Origin: Gemmatimonadota bacterium
GTDB lineage: Bacteria; Gemmatimonadota; Gemmatimonadetes; Palauibacterales; Palauibacteraceae
Assembly: GCA_039588275.1 (NCBI GenBank)
Contig: JBDHAC010000017.1
Span: forward strand, 32,001 to 96,000
Direction: 5' to 3'
Length of the DNA: 64,000 nt
Shown: one piece after another, positions 28,986 to 39,267 of the stretch
Position numbering within the stretch: the stretch's first letter is position 1
How the letters are laid out: the number at the start of each line of letters is the position of its first letter
Notes under the pieces: model-generated
The model's input: only the letters and a program-made list of their open reading frames with translations
What the model was told of the DNA's origin: nothing
The model's database searches: none
Translations under genes and position numbers: made by a program

Positions 28986-29170
28986 AAAAACCGGTGGTTA
29001 CATCGTCCACCGGCACGCTTCGATCGAGGCACGGCCTCGGAGCGAAGGTCCGTCGGCATTCCGATCGAGCCCTCGCCATCTATCTTTCACGCCAGTATAG
29101 GTTTGCGGCACACCGCAGACGACGTTGCTGCGATCAAGTTGCCGGGGCCTATCGCGCACCGCAAGCGAGC
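28986..29170 (-). ncRNA. ssrS: Probable 6S RNA with terminator
   Basis: Position directly downstream of zapA is a common 6S locus. The ends pair into a rod (cgctt.cggt/atcg.aagcg; ggccccgg/ccgaggcc), followed by hairpin ccggtgg..ccaccgg and a U-tract. Confidence 0.55.
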
Positions 29171-29185
29171 CCTCCGTGCGATGTC

Positions 29186-29482
29186 CTACGACTCGAGCGC
29201 CCCCTCGAGTCGGGCCGTGACCTCCGCCAGTCGCTCGCGCACCTTCTGATCCAGCCCGGCCGCCTCCGCTCTGGCCCGGAACAGCTCATCGGTGATCTTC
29301 ATCGCGGCGAGGATCGCGGCTTTGTGAGGCTCGGTGATGTGCCCGCCGATGTGCGCAGCCTGTATCGCATCGTCCACGTAACGGGCACACTCTCGGGTGT
29401 ACTCCTCGCCGAGGTCGGTGCGAATCTGGTAATCCTCGCCGAAGATCGTGACGCGAACCGCCTTGCGATCCTGGGCGCTCAT
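29186..29482 (-). CDS. zapA: Cell division protein ZapA
   Basis: VRVTIFGEDYQIR, ARYVD, AILAAMKITDELF. Confidence 0.9.
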   Translation of the reverse strand: MSAQDRKAVRVTIFGEDYQIRTDLGEEYTRECARYVDDAIQAAHIGGHITEPHKAAILAAMKITDELFRARAEAAGLDQKVRERLAEVTARLEGALES

Positions 29483-29799
29483 AGCTCGTCCTCCACGACC
29501 TCGAGTCGAGTTCGAATCCGGTTCGCGCGCTCACGGGCTTTCTCGAGCACGTCCCGAAGCCGCTGGTTCTCTTCGTTCAATTGGGCGAGCCGCTCTTCGA
29601 CGTTGGCCGGCACGGGCGCGCCTTCCGCGCCCTTTACGGCCTTGCGGAGCTTCTCGTATGCGCCCTCGCAACTGGCGGCGCGCTCCGTGACGGACTCCAG
29701 CTCCGAAGCCACGCGGCCCACGGCTTCGCTCAGCCGATCCAGTATCGCGTCGACTTCGCTCACCCTGTCAGGCACTTCAAGATGTTCGGATTCGGGCAT
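29479..29799 (-). CDS. Coiled-coil protein (ZapB-like)
   Basis: Heptad-rich, LNEENQRLR; located between pheT and zapA. Confidence 0.6.
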   Translation of the reverse strand: MPESEHLEVPDRVSEVDAILDRLSEAVGRVASELESVTERAASCEGAYEKLRKAVKGAEGAPVPANVEERLAQLNEENQRLRDVLEKARERANRIRTRLEVVEDEL

Positions 29800-32227
29800 C
29801 GAACTGCTCCTCGAGTGCCGATGTGATCGCCGTCATCTCGGCGTCCACTTCCTGATCCGTGAGCGTACGGTCCCCGGCCCGGAAGCGAAACGCCCAGGCC
29901 AGGCTCCGTCGCCCCGCGTCGATCTCCTCGCCGGCGTAGACGTCGAACAATTGTACGCTCTCCAGCAGCTCTGACGCGCGCTCCCGGATGGCGTTCTCGA
30001 TCGCACGGGCCTCGGCATCCAGTCTCACCGTTACGGCCAAGTCGCGCCGCACCGCGGGGAAGGGTGAGAGCGGTCGGTGCGACGCCGCCCGCCCGAGGGC
30101 CACGCTCGCGAGGTCGAACTCCATGGCCCAAACGCTACCGCCCCACGGAGGCGCATCCACGGCGCCGTCGCGGACCCGACCCGCCACACCCACGGTCTCG
30201 CCGTCCCGAACCAGGCGAAAGCGCTCCGCACCCAACCATGCGCCATCCCACGGCGCGGCGATCGGCTCACCGTCGGGTAGGGGCTCCAGCATCGCGCCAC
30301 ACAACCGGGCGGCCGTCTCAGCCGCCAGACCCTTCAGGTCCCACAGCCCGACATCTTCCGACTCCGTCGACCAGTGTGCCGGATCCCGCTCGCCCGTGAT
30401 CAGAACGCCCACGCGGAGCTGTTCGTGGAAACGGTCGATCCCATCGGCGGCGGCATCCGACTCGCCTGCCCCTCGCCGCGCATCCGAATACCGGAAGACC
30501 GTCCCGATCTCGAACAGGCGGATGTCGCGGCGACCCCGGGCGTAGTTGTGCTCCGCCCGGCGCAGTAACACGGGAACGAGGGCGGCGCGCAGATAGCTCT
30601 CTTCGGCCGACAACGGATTCGGGACCGCCACCTCCGCTCGATTCCCTCGGTGTTCCTCGGGCATGAAGCTGAGGCTACGGGCCTCGAGGAGCCCCCGCGC
30701 CACGAAGAACTCTCGGACGCGGTCGGCCTGCGTCCAGGCCTCGTCGTTCGGCACCACGCTTGGCCGGAAACGCCGATCTTCGTGCGGAAAGTTCTCGAAC
30801 CCGAAACGGCGCGCGACTTCCTCCACGAGGTCGATCTCACGGGTCACGTCGCGGCGCCAGCCGGGGACCCGGAAGCCGGATTCCTGGCGAGTGAACCCGA
30901 TCGGCGCGAGCAAGCGCTCGAGGTCTTCGGGTCCGGGGTCGATCCCCAGCACCTGTTTCACCCGGGCCGGTCGGAGCGGGATCACGGCGAGATCCGGAGC
31001 CCCGACTCCTACGCGAATCCCGTCCGGGTCCGCGGTACCGCCCGCGATCGCGAGGATCAGCTCGACACACCGCGTCAGGGCGGCCTCGAGTCCATGCTCG
31101 TCGATGCCGCGCTCGAAGCGGTATGACGCATCGGTGTCGAGGGAGAGCGAGCGGCTCGTCGCCCGTACAGCCGCGGGCGCGAAGGCGGCGCACTCGATGA
31201 ACAGATCGGTCGTCTGCTCCGTGACCTCGGTCTCCTCTCCACCCATCACGCCCGCCAGCGCCACCGCCCGGTCGCGATCGGCGATCACCGTGACCGACGG
31301 ATCGAGCGTCCGAGCCTCGCCATCCAATGTGACGAGTCGCTCTCCCGCGGCACCCGCTCGGACGCGGATCTCCGACCCACTCAGCGTCCGCAGGTCGAAC
31401 GCGTGGATCGGTTGGTTGAGCTCGAACAACACGTAGTTGGTGGCATCCACCACGTTGTTGATCGGACGTGCGCCGATGGCGAGGAGTCGACCCGCGAGCC
31501 AGGACGGAGAGGGACCGACCGTCACGCCGCGAATCATGGCACCCAGGTATCGACTGCAGCGGTCAGGCGCCTCGATCGCGACCTTCACACCCGCTGCGGA
31601 GGCCTCGCGCTCGCCCTCCAGCCACTCGGCCGTCCAGCCGGGGCCGCCCACGTCGCGGAGTACGATCTCGGCCGGGTCTTCGCGCACCAGCTCGCGCGCG
31701 ACCCCGACATGACTCGCCAGATCGACCCGATTCGGATTCAGATCGAGGGACAGCCGCACGTCCGGCAGCCCGAGCGCCTCGACCAGCGGTCGTCCGGCCT
31801 CGAGCCCGTCGGGGAGCCGCATGATCCCACTCTTGTCGCGCCCCAGGTCGAGCTCCGCCTCCGAGCACAACATCCCGTGGCTCATCTCTCCGCGGATCTT
31901 CCGGCTCTCGATCCGGAAGCCGCCGGGGAGCGTGGCGCCGGCGGGTACGTAGGGATACAAGGCACCCTTCTCCACGACCGGGGCGCCGCACACCACGTCG
32001 ATCGGCTCCCCCTGCCCTACGTCGACCTGGCACAGCGTGAGCCGGTCGGCGTTGGGGTGCGGGTCCGCTTCGAGTACCCGCCCCACGACGATCTCTTCGA
32101 GCCCGGTTCCGACGGGTTCGGCCGACTCGACGGCGGCGGCCGTCATGCTGAAGCGGTGCGCGAGTTCTTCGACCCCTTCCGAGAACTCGGGCAGGAGTTC
32201 CCGCAGCCAGTTCACCGAGACGTTCAC
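29777..32227 (-). CDS. pheT: Phenylalanine-tRNA ligase beta subunit
   Basis: HPNADRL, VCGAP, SHGMLCS, NNVVDATNY, LAGVMGG, ASYRFERG, DLVEEVAR, FP.VRRDL, RTLTDQEV. Confidence 0.97.
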   Translation of the reverse strand: MNVSVNWLRELLPEFSEGVEELAHRFSMTAAAVESAEPVGTGLEEIVVGRVLEADPHPNADRLTLCQVDVGQGEPIDVVCGAPVVEKGALYPYVPAGATLPGGFRIESRKIRGEMSHGMLCSEAELDLGRDKSGIMRLPDGLEAGRPLVEALGLPDVRLSLDLNPNRVDLASHVGVARELVREDPAEIVLRDVGGPGWTAEWLEGEREASAAGVKVAIEAPDRCSRYLGAMIRGVTVGPSPSWLAGRLLAIGARPINNVVDATNYVLFELNQPIHAFDLRTLSGSEIRVRAGAAGERLVTLDGEARTLDPSVTVIADRDRAVALAGVMGGEETEVTEQTTDLFIECAAFAPAAVRATSRSLSLDTDASYRFERGIDEHGLEAALTRCVELILAIAGGTADPDGIRVGVGAPDLAVIPLRPARVKQVLGIDPGPEDLERLLAPIGFTRQESGFRVPGWRRDVTREIDLVEEVARRFGFENFPHEDRRFRPSVVPNDEAWTQADRVREFFVARGLLEARSLSFMPEEHRGNRAEVAVPNPLSAEESYLRAALVPVLLRRAEHNYARGRRDIRLFEIGTVFRYSDARRGAGESDAAADGIDRFHEQLRVGVLITGERDPAHWSTESEDVGLWDLKGLAAETAARLCGAMLEPLPDGEPIAAPWDGAWLGAERFRLVRDGETVGVAGRVRDGAVDAPPWGGSVWAMEFDLASVALGRAASHRPLSPFPAVRRDLAVTVRLDAEARAIENAIRERASELLESVQLFDVYAGEEIDAGRRSLAWAFRFRAGDRTLTDQEVDAEMTAITSALEEQFDARIRTS

Positions 32228-33261
32228 GAGAACTGCTCCAGAAAGCCGACATCCCCCTCGTAGAGCAGCCGCATGTCAGGGATCCCGTGTCTCACCATGG
32301 CGATCCTGGCCGGCCCCATTCCGAACGCGTATCCGGTGAACCGCTCTGGGTCGTAGCCCACGTTCTCGTACACGGCCGGGTCCACCATGCCGCTGCCCAT
32401 GATCGTGATCCAGCCGGTCCGCTTGCAGGTGGAGCAGCCGCTCCCCCCACACACCGTGCACGAGACGTCAACCTCGGCGGACGGTTCGGTGAACGGGTAG
32501 AACGACGGACGGAAACGACTTCGCGTCTCGGAGCCGAAGAAGCGTCGAACGAAGTGCTCGATCGTGGAGCGGAACTCGATGAAATCGATCCCCTCGTCCA
32601 CGGCGAGCCCCTCGATCTGCTCGAAGGCCGGCGCGTGCGAGGGGTCGAACGAGTCGCGACGGTAGGAGAGCCCGGGCACGACGACGCGCACCGGGGGCTC
32701 GAACTCCTCCATCACGCGTGCCTGAACGGGCGACGTGTGCGTGCGCAGCACCACGCCCTCGTCCAGATAGAACGTGTCCATCATGTCCGCGGCGGGGTGA
32801 TCGAGCGGGATGTTCAGCGCGGTGAAGTTGTACCAGGTCGACTCGATCTCGGGGCCTCGGATCTTCGTGAACCCGAGCTCCGCGAAGATGTCGCAGATCT
32901 CGTCGATCACGCGCGTGATGGGGTGCACGGCCCCGGCCCATCGGCGTCGACCGGGCAGAGTCAGATCGTGATCGGCCTCCTTCCCCGAGGACGCCGTACG
33001 CTCTATCTCGGTCGCGCGCTGGGTGTGGGCGGCGGTGAGCGCCTGTTTCACCGCGTTGGCCCGCTGGCCGACCCGCGGTCGCAGGTCGGGCTCGACCGCG
33101 CCGATCCCGCTGAACGCATCCGCGAGTCGGCCGCTGCGACCCAAGAACTCGATGCGAACCGTCTCCAGCGCGCCGGCGCTGTCCGCTCCCCCGATCGCGG
33201 CCAGTCCCTGCTCCTCGATCTCGGTCAGGAGATCGAGCAGAGACGTGCCGACGGGGCTCAT
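32224..33261 (-). CDS. pheS: Phenylalanine-tRNA ligase alpha subunit
   Basis: [48 protein letters not shown]. Confidence 0.97.
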   Translation of the reverse strand: MSPVGTSLLDLLTEIEEQGLAAIGGADSAGALETVRIEFLGRSGRLADAFSGIGAVEPDLRPRVGQRANAVKQALTAAHTQRATEIERTASSGKEADHDLTLPGRRRWAGAVHPITRVIDEICDIFAELGFTKIRGPEIESTWYNFTALNIPLDHPAADMMDTFYLDEGVVLRTHTSPVQARVMEEFEPPVRVVVPGLSYRRDSFDPSHAPAFEQIEGLAVDEGIDFIEFRSTIEHFVRRFFGSETRSRFRPSFYPFTEPSAEVDVSCTVCGGSGCSTCKRTGWITIMGSGMVDPAVYENVGYDPERFTGYAFGMGPARIAMVRHGIPDMRLLYEGDVGFLEQFS

Positions 33262-33614
33262 GGCGCGTGCTCTTTGGCGACCTCGGCGAGCTCGGTAAAG
33301 GCGGCTGGATCACGGACCGCGAGGTCCGCGAGCATCTTCCTGTTTAGCTCGACCCCCGCGTTCTTGAGGCCGCTCACGAAACGCGAATAGGACAGCCCGT
33401 TCGACCGCGCCGCCGCGTTGATCCGCGCGATCCACAGGCGTCGGAAGTCGCGCTTACGCCGGCGACGGTCCCGGTAGGCGTACGCCCAGCCACGCTCGAC
33501 CGAGTTCTTTGCGGTTCGATACAGCTTCGAGCGCCCGCCGAACTGGCCGCGCGCCTCTTTGAGCGTCTTCTTCTTGCGACGGTTTCTGGCTACGCTGCTC
33601 GTTACGCGTGGCAT
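33258..33614 (-). CDS. rplT: 50S ribosomal protein L20
   Basis: [39 protein letters not shown]. Confidence 0.98.
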   Translation of the reverse strand: MPRVTSSVARNRRKKKTLKEARGQFGGRSKLYRTAKNSVERGWAYAYRDRRRRKRDFRRLWIARINAAARSNGLSYSRFVSGLKNAGVELNRKMLADLAVRDPAAFTELAEVAKEHAP

Positions 33615-33652
33615 GGCCGTTCCTCCTCGCTCCTACTTTTCATCACCGACCA

Positions 33653-33847
33653 TCACCGGCCGAGCAACCGTCTCACGCGCTGCTGATCGGCCTTCGCCAC
33701 CAACGTTCGCTGGCGAAGGCGCCGCTTTCTCTTGGCGCTCTTCTTGGTGAGGATGTGGCTGTGATACGCCCGCTGTCTGCGGAGCTTTCCGGTCCCGGTC
33801 TTCCGGAACCGCTTGGCCGCGGATCGATTCGTCTTCTGCTTCGGCAT
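33653..33847 (-). CDS. rpmI: 50S ribosomal protein L35
   Basis: [21 protein letters not shown] ... HILTKK. Confidence 0.98.
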   Translation of the reverse strand: MPKQKTNRSAAKRFRKTGTGKLRRQRAYHSHILTKKSAKRKRRLRQRTLVAKADQQRVRRLLGR

Positions 33848-33864
33848 GTTCTCTCTCTTCGCTC

Positions 33865-34377
33865 TCAGCGCCGCGGGGCGAGCAGCATCGTCATCGTCCG
33901 ACCTTCGTGCGAGATGTTGGACTCGACGCCCGCGATGTCTTCGAGCTCGGTCAACACTCGCTCGAGGACGCGGGCCCCCAGCTCCGGATGGGTCACTTCC
34001 CTCCCCCGGAACATCAGCGTGAACTTCACTTTGTGCCCTTCCTCGAGGAACTTGCGGGCGTGGCGCAGCTTGAAGTCGATGTCGTGCTCCTCGATCTTCG
34101 GGCGCAGCTTCACTTCCTTGACGTGGATGATGTGCTGCTTCTTCTTCGCTTCGCGCGCCTTCCGCGCCTGCTCGTACTTGAACTTCCCGTAGTCCATGAG
34201 ACGGCAGACCGGGGGCCGTGCGCCCGGCGCGACCTCGACCAGGTCCAATCCGCGCTCCGAGGCGAGCGATCTCGCCTCGTCCGTCGCTACAATTCCAAGC
34301 TGTTCGCCGTCCTCATCTATGAGTCGAACCGGGCTGATGCGGATGCGATCGTTGATTCTCAGTTCTTCCGAACTCAC
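33865..34377 (-). CDS. infC: Translation initiation factor IF-3
   Basis: [39 protein letters not shown]; start codon uncertain. Confidence 0.97.
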   Translation of the reverse strand: MSSEELRINDRIRISPVRLIDEDGEQLGIVATDEARSLASERGLDLVEVAPGARPPVCRLMDYGKFKYEQARKAREAKKKQHIIHVKEVKLRPKIEEHDIDFKLRHARKFLEEGHKVKFTLMFRGREVTHPELGARVLERVLTELEDIAGVESNISHEGRTMTMLLAPRR

Positions 34378-34394
34378 TTCACCTCTCTTCCAAC

Positions 34395-34556
34395 AGAAAA
34401 ACCCGGTACGGCACAGCCGCCCGGGTACGCGCTCCGCTCCCCGTTGGGGATGTCCAGCGCGCTTGGTATTGACCCGGCAGCAACGTCTCGCGCCCCCCCG
34501 GGGGCGACGGCGAGAAGCGCCGTGAGGTGGGAGCCCTGGGCTCCGCTTTGGACTCT
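34395..34556 (-). ncRNA. L20 leader-like cis-regulatory RNA
   Basis: AAGCGGAGC-CCAGG-GCTCCCACCT resembles the L20 leader 5' motif; ends in hairpin ACCCGG..CCGGGT plus U-tract just before infC. Confidence 0.7.
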
Positions 34557-34567
34557 ATTTGGGCGCG

Positions 34568-34596
34568 AAATTAGACCTCATGCGCTGCGGTGTCAA
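34568..34596 (-). promoter_or_regulatory. Sigma70-type promoter for infC-rpmI-rplT
   Basis: TTGACA (34596-34591), 17-bp spacer, TAATTT (34573-34568). Confidence 0.75.
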
Positions 34597-34603
34597 CGAG
34601 CGT

Positions 34604-36556
34604 TCATGGCGCAAGCGCCTTCTCGGCAACCTCGGCGCTCACGCGCTCCACAAACGCGTTCAGAGACATGCCGACCTGCTTCTCCTCGGCTCCGCGCGCC
34701 CGTACGGCCACGGTTCCCGACTCGACCTCCCGCGCGCCAATGACGAGCAGGTACGGGACCTTGTGCAGCTCTCCATCCCGGATGCGGTATCCGAGCGTGT
34801 CCGATCGCGCGTCGAGGCCCGCCTGCAAGCCTGCCGCGCGAAGCCGCTCGACGATCTCGGCGGCTGGCGCGGTCTGGGCGTCGGTGATCGGGAGCACACG
34901 CGCCTGCTCGGGCGCGAGCCAGACGGGGAACGCACCGGCGAAGTGCTCGATCAGCACACCGGTGAACCGTTCCAGCGTGCCGAAGATGGCCCGGTGGATC
35001 ATGACCGGTCGGTGCGGCTGGTTGTCCGCCCCGATGTACTCGAGCTCGAACCGCTCGGGAAGATTGAAGTCGAGCTGGATCGTCGCCCCCTGCCATTCAC
35101 GGCCGATCGCGTCATCGAACTTGATGTCGATCTTCGGACCGTAGAACGCACCACCACCGTCATCGACGCCGTACTCCACGCCGACACGTTCGAGCGCCTG
35201 CCGGAGCGCGGCTTCGGCCCGGTCCCATACCTCATCAGATCCGATGCGCTTCTCGGGATCATCCGGTCGCGTGGCTAGATCGAACCGGTAGGTGAGCCCG
35301 AGCGTGGTCATCACCTCCTCCACGAGATCGAGACAGGTGAAGATCTCGTCCTCGACCTGTTCGGGCGTGCAGAAGATGTGCCCGTCGTCCATCGTCAGCA
35401 TGCGGACGCGTAAGAGCCCGTGCAGCGTTCCGGATCGCTCGTACCGATACACGTTGCCGATCTCCGACAGCCGCAGCGGTAGGTCCCGATAGCTCCGCTG
35501 ACGGGCCGCGTAGATGACGGTGTGGCCCGGGCAGTTCATGGGCTTCACACGGTACGCTTCCTTGTCTCCGTCCCCGTGCATGCCCGGATACATGTTCTCG
35601 GCGTAGGCCCCGAGGTGGCCCGAGCGCTCGAACAGCGCCTCGCTGCTCACGTGCGGCGTATACACGAACTCGTAGCCGCGCTCATCGAGCAGGTCCTCGA
35701 TCCACCGCCGTAGCGTGAGCTGGACCCGCGCTCCCTTCGGATGCCAGCAGACCAGCCCCGGGCCGATGTCGTCCTGGATGCTGAACAGGTCGAGCTCCTG
35801 GCCCAGCTTGCGGTGATCGCGCTTCTTCGCCTCCTCGAGGCGGTGCAGGTGCTCGTCGAGCGCGTCCTTCGTGTAGAAGGCCGTCCCGTAGATCCGCTGG
35901 AGCATCTGGCGGGACTCGTCACCCCGCCAGTACGCCCCGGCCGCGTGCAGCAACTTGAAGTGCTTCACCTCCGCCGTGCTCGGGGCATGTGGTCCACGGC
36001 ACAGATCCAGGAAAGGACCATCACGGTAGATGGAGATGGTCTCGCCCTCGGGGATCTCGGCGAGTCGCTCGAGCTTCAACGGGTCGTCCGAGAACAGCTC
36101 CTCGGCCTCGGCGCGCGACACTTCTCGGCGCTCGAAGGCGTGCCCGGCCTTCACGACCTCGCCCATCAGGCGCTCGATCTCCTCCAGGTCCTCGGGCGTG
36201 AAGGGCTCCGGCACCGCGAAGTCGTAGTAGAAGCCATCCTCGATGGGAGGACCGAATCCGATTCCCGCATTCGGTTGCAGCTCGCGCACGGCGGTGGCCA
36301 GCGTGTGGGCGGCGGAGTGCCGCAGCACGTACAACGCGTCCGGGTCCTCGTCGCTCCTGGTGACGATCGAGACCTGTGCCCCGTCCGGGAGAGGCCGGCC
36401 GAGGTCGAGCAGCTCATCGTTTACCCGTGCGGCCACCGCGGCGCGGGCGAGGCCGGTCCCGATGGAAGTGGCCAGATCGGCACCCGTCGCCCCTTCCGAG
36501 AGTGTGGTCGGAGTGCCGTCCGGTAGTCGAATCGAGATCTCGGAATGGTCGTTCAC
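34604..36556 (-). CDS. thrS: Threonine-tRNA ligase
   Basis: TGS domain, RHSAAH, GFYYDF, DLCRGPH, AYWRGD, RDHRKLG, KPMNCPGH, YRYERSG, FYGPKID, HRAIFG. Confidence 0.98.
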   Translation of the reverse strand: MNDHSEISIRLPDGTPTTLSEGATGADLATSIGTGLARAAVAARVNDELLDLGRPLPDGAQVSIVTRSDEDPDALYVLRHSAAHTLATAVRELQPNAGIGFGPPIEDGFYYDFAVPEPFTPEDLEEIERLMGEVVKAGHAFERREVSRAEAEELFSDDPLKLERLAEIPEGETISIYRDGPFLDLCRGPHAPSTAEVKHFKLLHAAGAYWRGDESRQMLQRIYGTAFYTKDALDEHLHRLEEAKKRDHRKLGQELDLFSIQDDIGPGLVCWHPKGARVQLTLRRWIEDLLDERGYEFVYTPHVSSEALFERSGHLGAYAENMYPGMHGDGDKEAYRVKPMNCPGHTVIYAARQRSYRDLPLRLSEIGNVYRYERSGTLHGLLRVRMLTMDDGHIFCTPEQVEDEIFTCLDLVEEVMTTLGLTYRFDLATRPDDPEKRIGSDEVWDRAEAALRQALERVGVEYGVDDGGGAFYGPKIDIKFDDAIGREWQGATIQLDFNLPERFELEYIGADNQPHRPVMIHRAIFGTLERFTGVLIEHFAGAFPVWLAPEQARVLPITDAQTAPAAEIVERLRAAGLQAGLDARSDTLGYRIRDGELHKVPYLLVIGAREVESGTVAVRARGAEEKQVGMSLNAFVERVSAEVAEKALAP

Positions 36557-36663
36557 CGGCCTACCCGTCGATGATCGATGGAAGAATGTCGCAGTGGAAG
36601 GAGCAAGCTAGCCGGTCGGTGCAGGTCTGCCTAGGCAGGCCTCCGAACGACTCCAGCGGCCCG

Positions 36664-37206
36664 CTACAAGGGATCGCGGAGAACTCCGTAGCGCGCGACG
36701 CCACCGTTCGCGTCGAGGATTACCCAGATGAGGCCGCCGGTACTCCCGGCCAGCGCTTCTGAGACGGACCCCAGTCGCGCGATCTCCCGGCCCCGCATCT
36801 CCAGGTAGAACCCGTCCTCGTCGCGCCCCAGCATCCCGAGGGACGGACGCTCCCCGTCCACCGAAGTGATCTCGTAGGATGTCGCTTCGAGCGTCGGGCC
36901 CGGGAACTCGCGCTCGGTCACCAGCCGGCCCGTGATGCGCACCTCCGCGCCCGCCAGACGTCGCAACTCTGGCTCGTACGGGCCGTCGATTACGACGCCG
37001 TCACCTCCATCGACGATCGTGCGCGTGAACGGTGCGTTTCCCACGCGCCGCACGACCCCCTCGATCGCATCCGGTCCGATCACTCCGATACGGCCGATGT
37101 CGTCTCCGATTCGAGCTTCGCTCGTACAGCCCCCGGCCCCCGACAGGAGCTCCAGCACGAGAACGAACGGGGCGACGGCTCCGGCGCGACGTCTATGCGG
37201 GCTCAC
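36664..37206 (-). CDS. Hypothetical lipoprotein with two OB-fold-like repeats
   Basis: Hydrophobic leader ending AGGC; IEGVVRRVG..., AEVRITG; coupled to the upstream protease genes. Confidence 0.6.
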   Translation of the reverse strand: MSPHRRRAGAVAPFVLVLELLSGAGGCTSEARIGDDIGRIGVIGPDAIEGVVRRVGNAPFTRTIVDGGDGVVIDGPYEPELRRLAGAEVRITGRLVTEREFPGPTLEATSYEITSVDGERPSLGMLGRDEDGFYLEMRGREIARLGSVSEALAGSTGGLIWVILDANGGVARYGVLRDPL

Positions 37207-37235
37207 TACCTCACCGAACGGGATGGCTCGGTCCG

Positions 37236-39149
37236 CTAACGGACCCGGATCACCGTAACCTGCAAGCGCACCGACCCCGGCACCTCGGCTCCCGACTGGG
37301 TCGTGACCTGCAGCACCACGTCAGGGGTGGTCGACTCGCCCGTCATGGTGAAGTACCGGCCCGTCGACGAGCGCAGGGTGAAGTTGGACGAGGTATTGGT
37401 GCTCGAGGTCAGGCTGATCGCGGTTGGCGTCAGCGGGTAAGGCTTATCGAACGGCGGACTCGTGCCCAGGTTGCTTTCGTTGAGCCCGAGATACATGCCT
37501 CGCATGTTCCAGGTCTCGAACTGGGAGACGGGATCGAGCCCGCTGCCGTGGTCGTCCGCAACCACCGCAGAGAGGTATTCGGCGATCAATTGTTGCCATG
37601 TACGCGATTGCCCCGACGCCACCTGAACCGCGCGGGTCACGTTCGCGGTGCCCCGCAGGTGGTTGGGGCCGCCGCTCGACAGCTCCCGAAACATGACGTG
37701 CTCCCCGCTACCGGGGAGAATCCCGACCGGTGTAGCCGGACCGTATTGATCGGCCAACCAGCGGAAGAAGCCCCACGCGAAGCCACGCATCTCCAGCGAT
37801 TGCGCACCACCGGGATCGTCTCCCCCCGTTTCCCCCAGCGCGAGCGTCCCGTTCGGGTTGTTCAGGAAGTCCCCGAAGCGTGAGAAGTTGAACAGGTGGT
37901 ACGCGTTGAAGGCGTCCAAGGCGGTCTGGTTGGGCACCGTCTCCTCGAACCCGAGGTTCGTTCGGAGCCCGATCCCGGCGAGCGCGAGCCCGCTGATCTC
38001 CTCTGCGATGTGCGCGAGGCCCTCGTCCGACCAGGAATCGTCCAGGTCGGAGAAATCGCCGTTACCGATGACCGTGCGCTGCACCGTGTTCAGGAGGTGG
38101 AGGAACTCGTGCGAAACCGTCCCCTTGGCGACGCGCTTCGCGAAGTCGACCTCCACCGGATCACCGAACTCGCCTGACGGATCGGGAGCCTGCAGGTAAA
38201 GGAGCTCGGCCTGGTTGCCGGCCGGGCACGTGGCCTCATCCGCTACATCACCGGAAAAGAAGAACCCCGCGATGAACGATCCGCTTCCCGGCTCGGTCAT
38301 CTCGTTCACCGACGCGGTGAACAGGACCAGCACATGCTCGTTTCCATCGATGTCCGAAGGACTGCCGAAGTATTCGACGTCCAGTGGGAAGACCACCGCG
38401 TCCAGAGCCTGGTTGAGCTCCTGGTAGTCCGCCGCCGAGTAGTTCCCGGCGACTCGGACGTCTTCGAGCAGCGCGAAGTTGTCACCGACGAGCTTGACCT
38501 CGGCCGTGATCGTCTCGTCGCTGCTGCAATCCACGGTCAGGTTCTGCTGCACCGCCATCGACAACGTGAGCCTCTCCCCGACGCTCGGCGGCGCTGCTCC
38601 CGCCACCGAGAGACGAGGAGCCGCCCCACCGGATGGCCCGCGGTACGGCCGGGCACCCACGCGCCGCAGCTCGCTGCGCATGTTCTCTCTCAGACGGGTC
38701 TCGGTGAGCAGCGCCTGCTCCTGGCGCTCGAGCGCACGATACGCCGCACTCCGCCGGATCGGTGGAGCGCCGATCCCCACCACGTTCCCCGATGCACCGT
38801 CGGCTTGCACGCTCAGCGAGATCGGACTGGAAGCCCCCGAGGTCGTGCTCGCGCTGTGTACGATGACCTCATACTCGCGGGACTCGGAAGCGCCCGCCAG
38901 CTTGAACGCGCGTACCTCCGCCGCGTCGCTCAGGGTCACGAGCTCACCCAGCGCCAGGTTCAGCGTGGTCGCGGGTGGCGGAGGAGGCGGTGGCGGGGGT
39001 GGTGGGGGCGGCGGCTCGGTCGATCCGTCACCACCGCACGCGGTGGCACCCGCGAACAACAGGACCGGCAGCCAGGCCACCTTCGACCGTCGCCGTCGGA
39101 TCGAATTACATGTCGATTTGATCAATGCGTCGCCGTTTCGCTGTGTCAT
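37236..39149 (-). CDS. Zinc metalloprotease-like lipoprotein (M30-like), paralog 1
   Basis: ATAC lipobox plus poly-Pro; YFGSPSDIDGNEHVLVLFT, AGFF, SHEFLHL, WSDEGLAHIAEE. Start taken at ATG 39149. Confidence 0.7.
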   Translation of the reverse strand: MTQRNGDALIKSTCNSIRRRRSKVAWLPVLLFAGATACGGDGSTEPPPPPPPPPPPPPPATTLNLALGELVTLSDAAEVRAFKLAGASESREYEVIVHSASTTSGASSPISLSVQADGASGNVVGIGAPPIRRSAAYRALERQEQALLTETRLRENMRSELRRVGARPYRGPSGGAAPRLSVAGAAPPSVGERLTLSMAVQQNLTVDCSSDETITAEVKLVGDNFALLEDVRVAGNYSAADYQELNQALDAVVFPLDVEYFGSPSDIDGNEHVLVLFTASVNEMTEPGSGSFIAGFFFSGDVADEATCPAGNQAELLYLQAPDPSGEFGDPVEVDFAKRVAKGTVSHEFLHLLNTVQRTVIGNGDFSDLDDSWSDEGLAHIAEEISGLALAGIGLRTNLGFEETVPNQTALDAFNAYHLFNFSRFGDFLNNPNGTLALGETGGDDPGGAQSLEMRGFAWGFFRWLADQYGPATPVGILPGSGEHVMFRELSSGGPNHLRGTANVTRAVQVASGQSRTWQQLIAEYLSAVVADDHGSGLDPVSQFETWNMRGMYLGLNESNLGTSPPFDKPYPLTPTAISLTSSTNTSSNFTLRSSTGRYFTMTGESTTPDVVLQVTTQSGAEVPGSVRLQVTVIRVR

Positions 39150-39267
39150 CCCCACCGTTCCTTCGCTCGATCCCGTATTCGGACCACTCATATAACGCGG
39201 ACCGCCCTCCTCTGTTCCTACTCGGCGCACGAGCCTCATGGGCATGACGTACTCCGCCACCCTCAGG

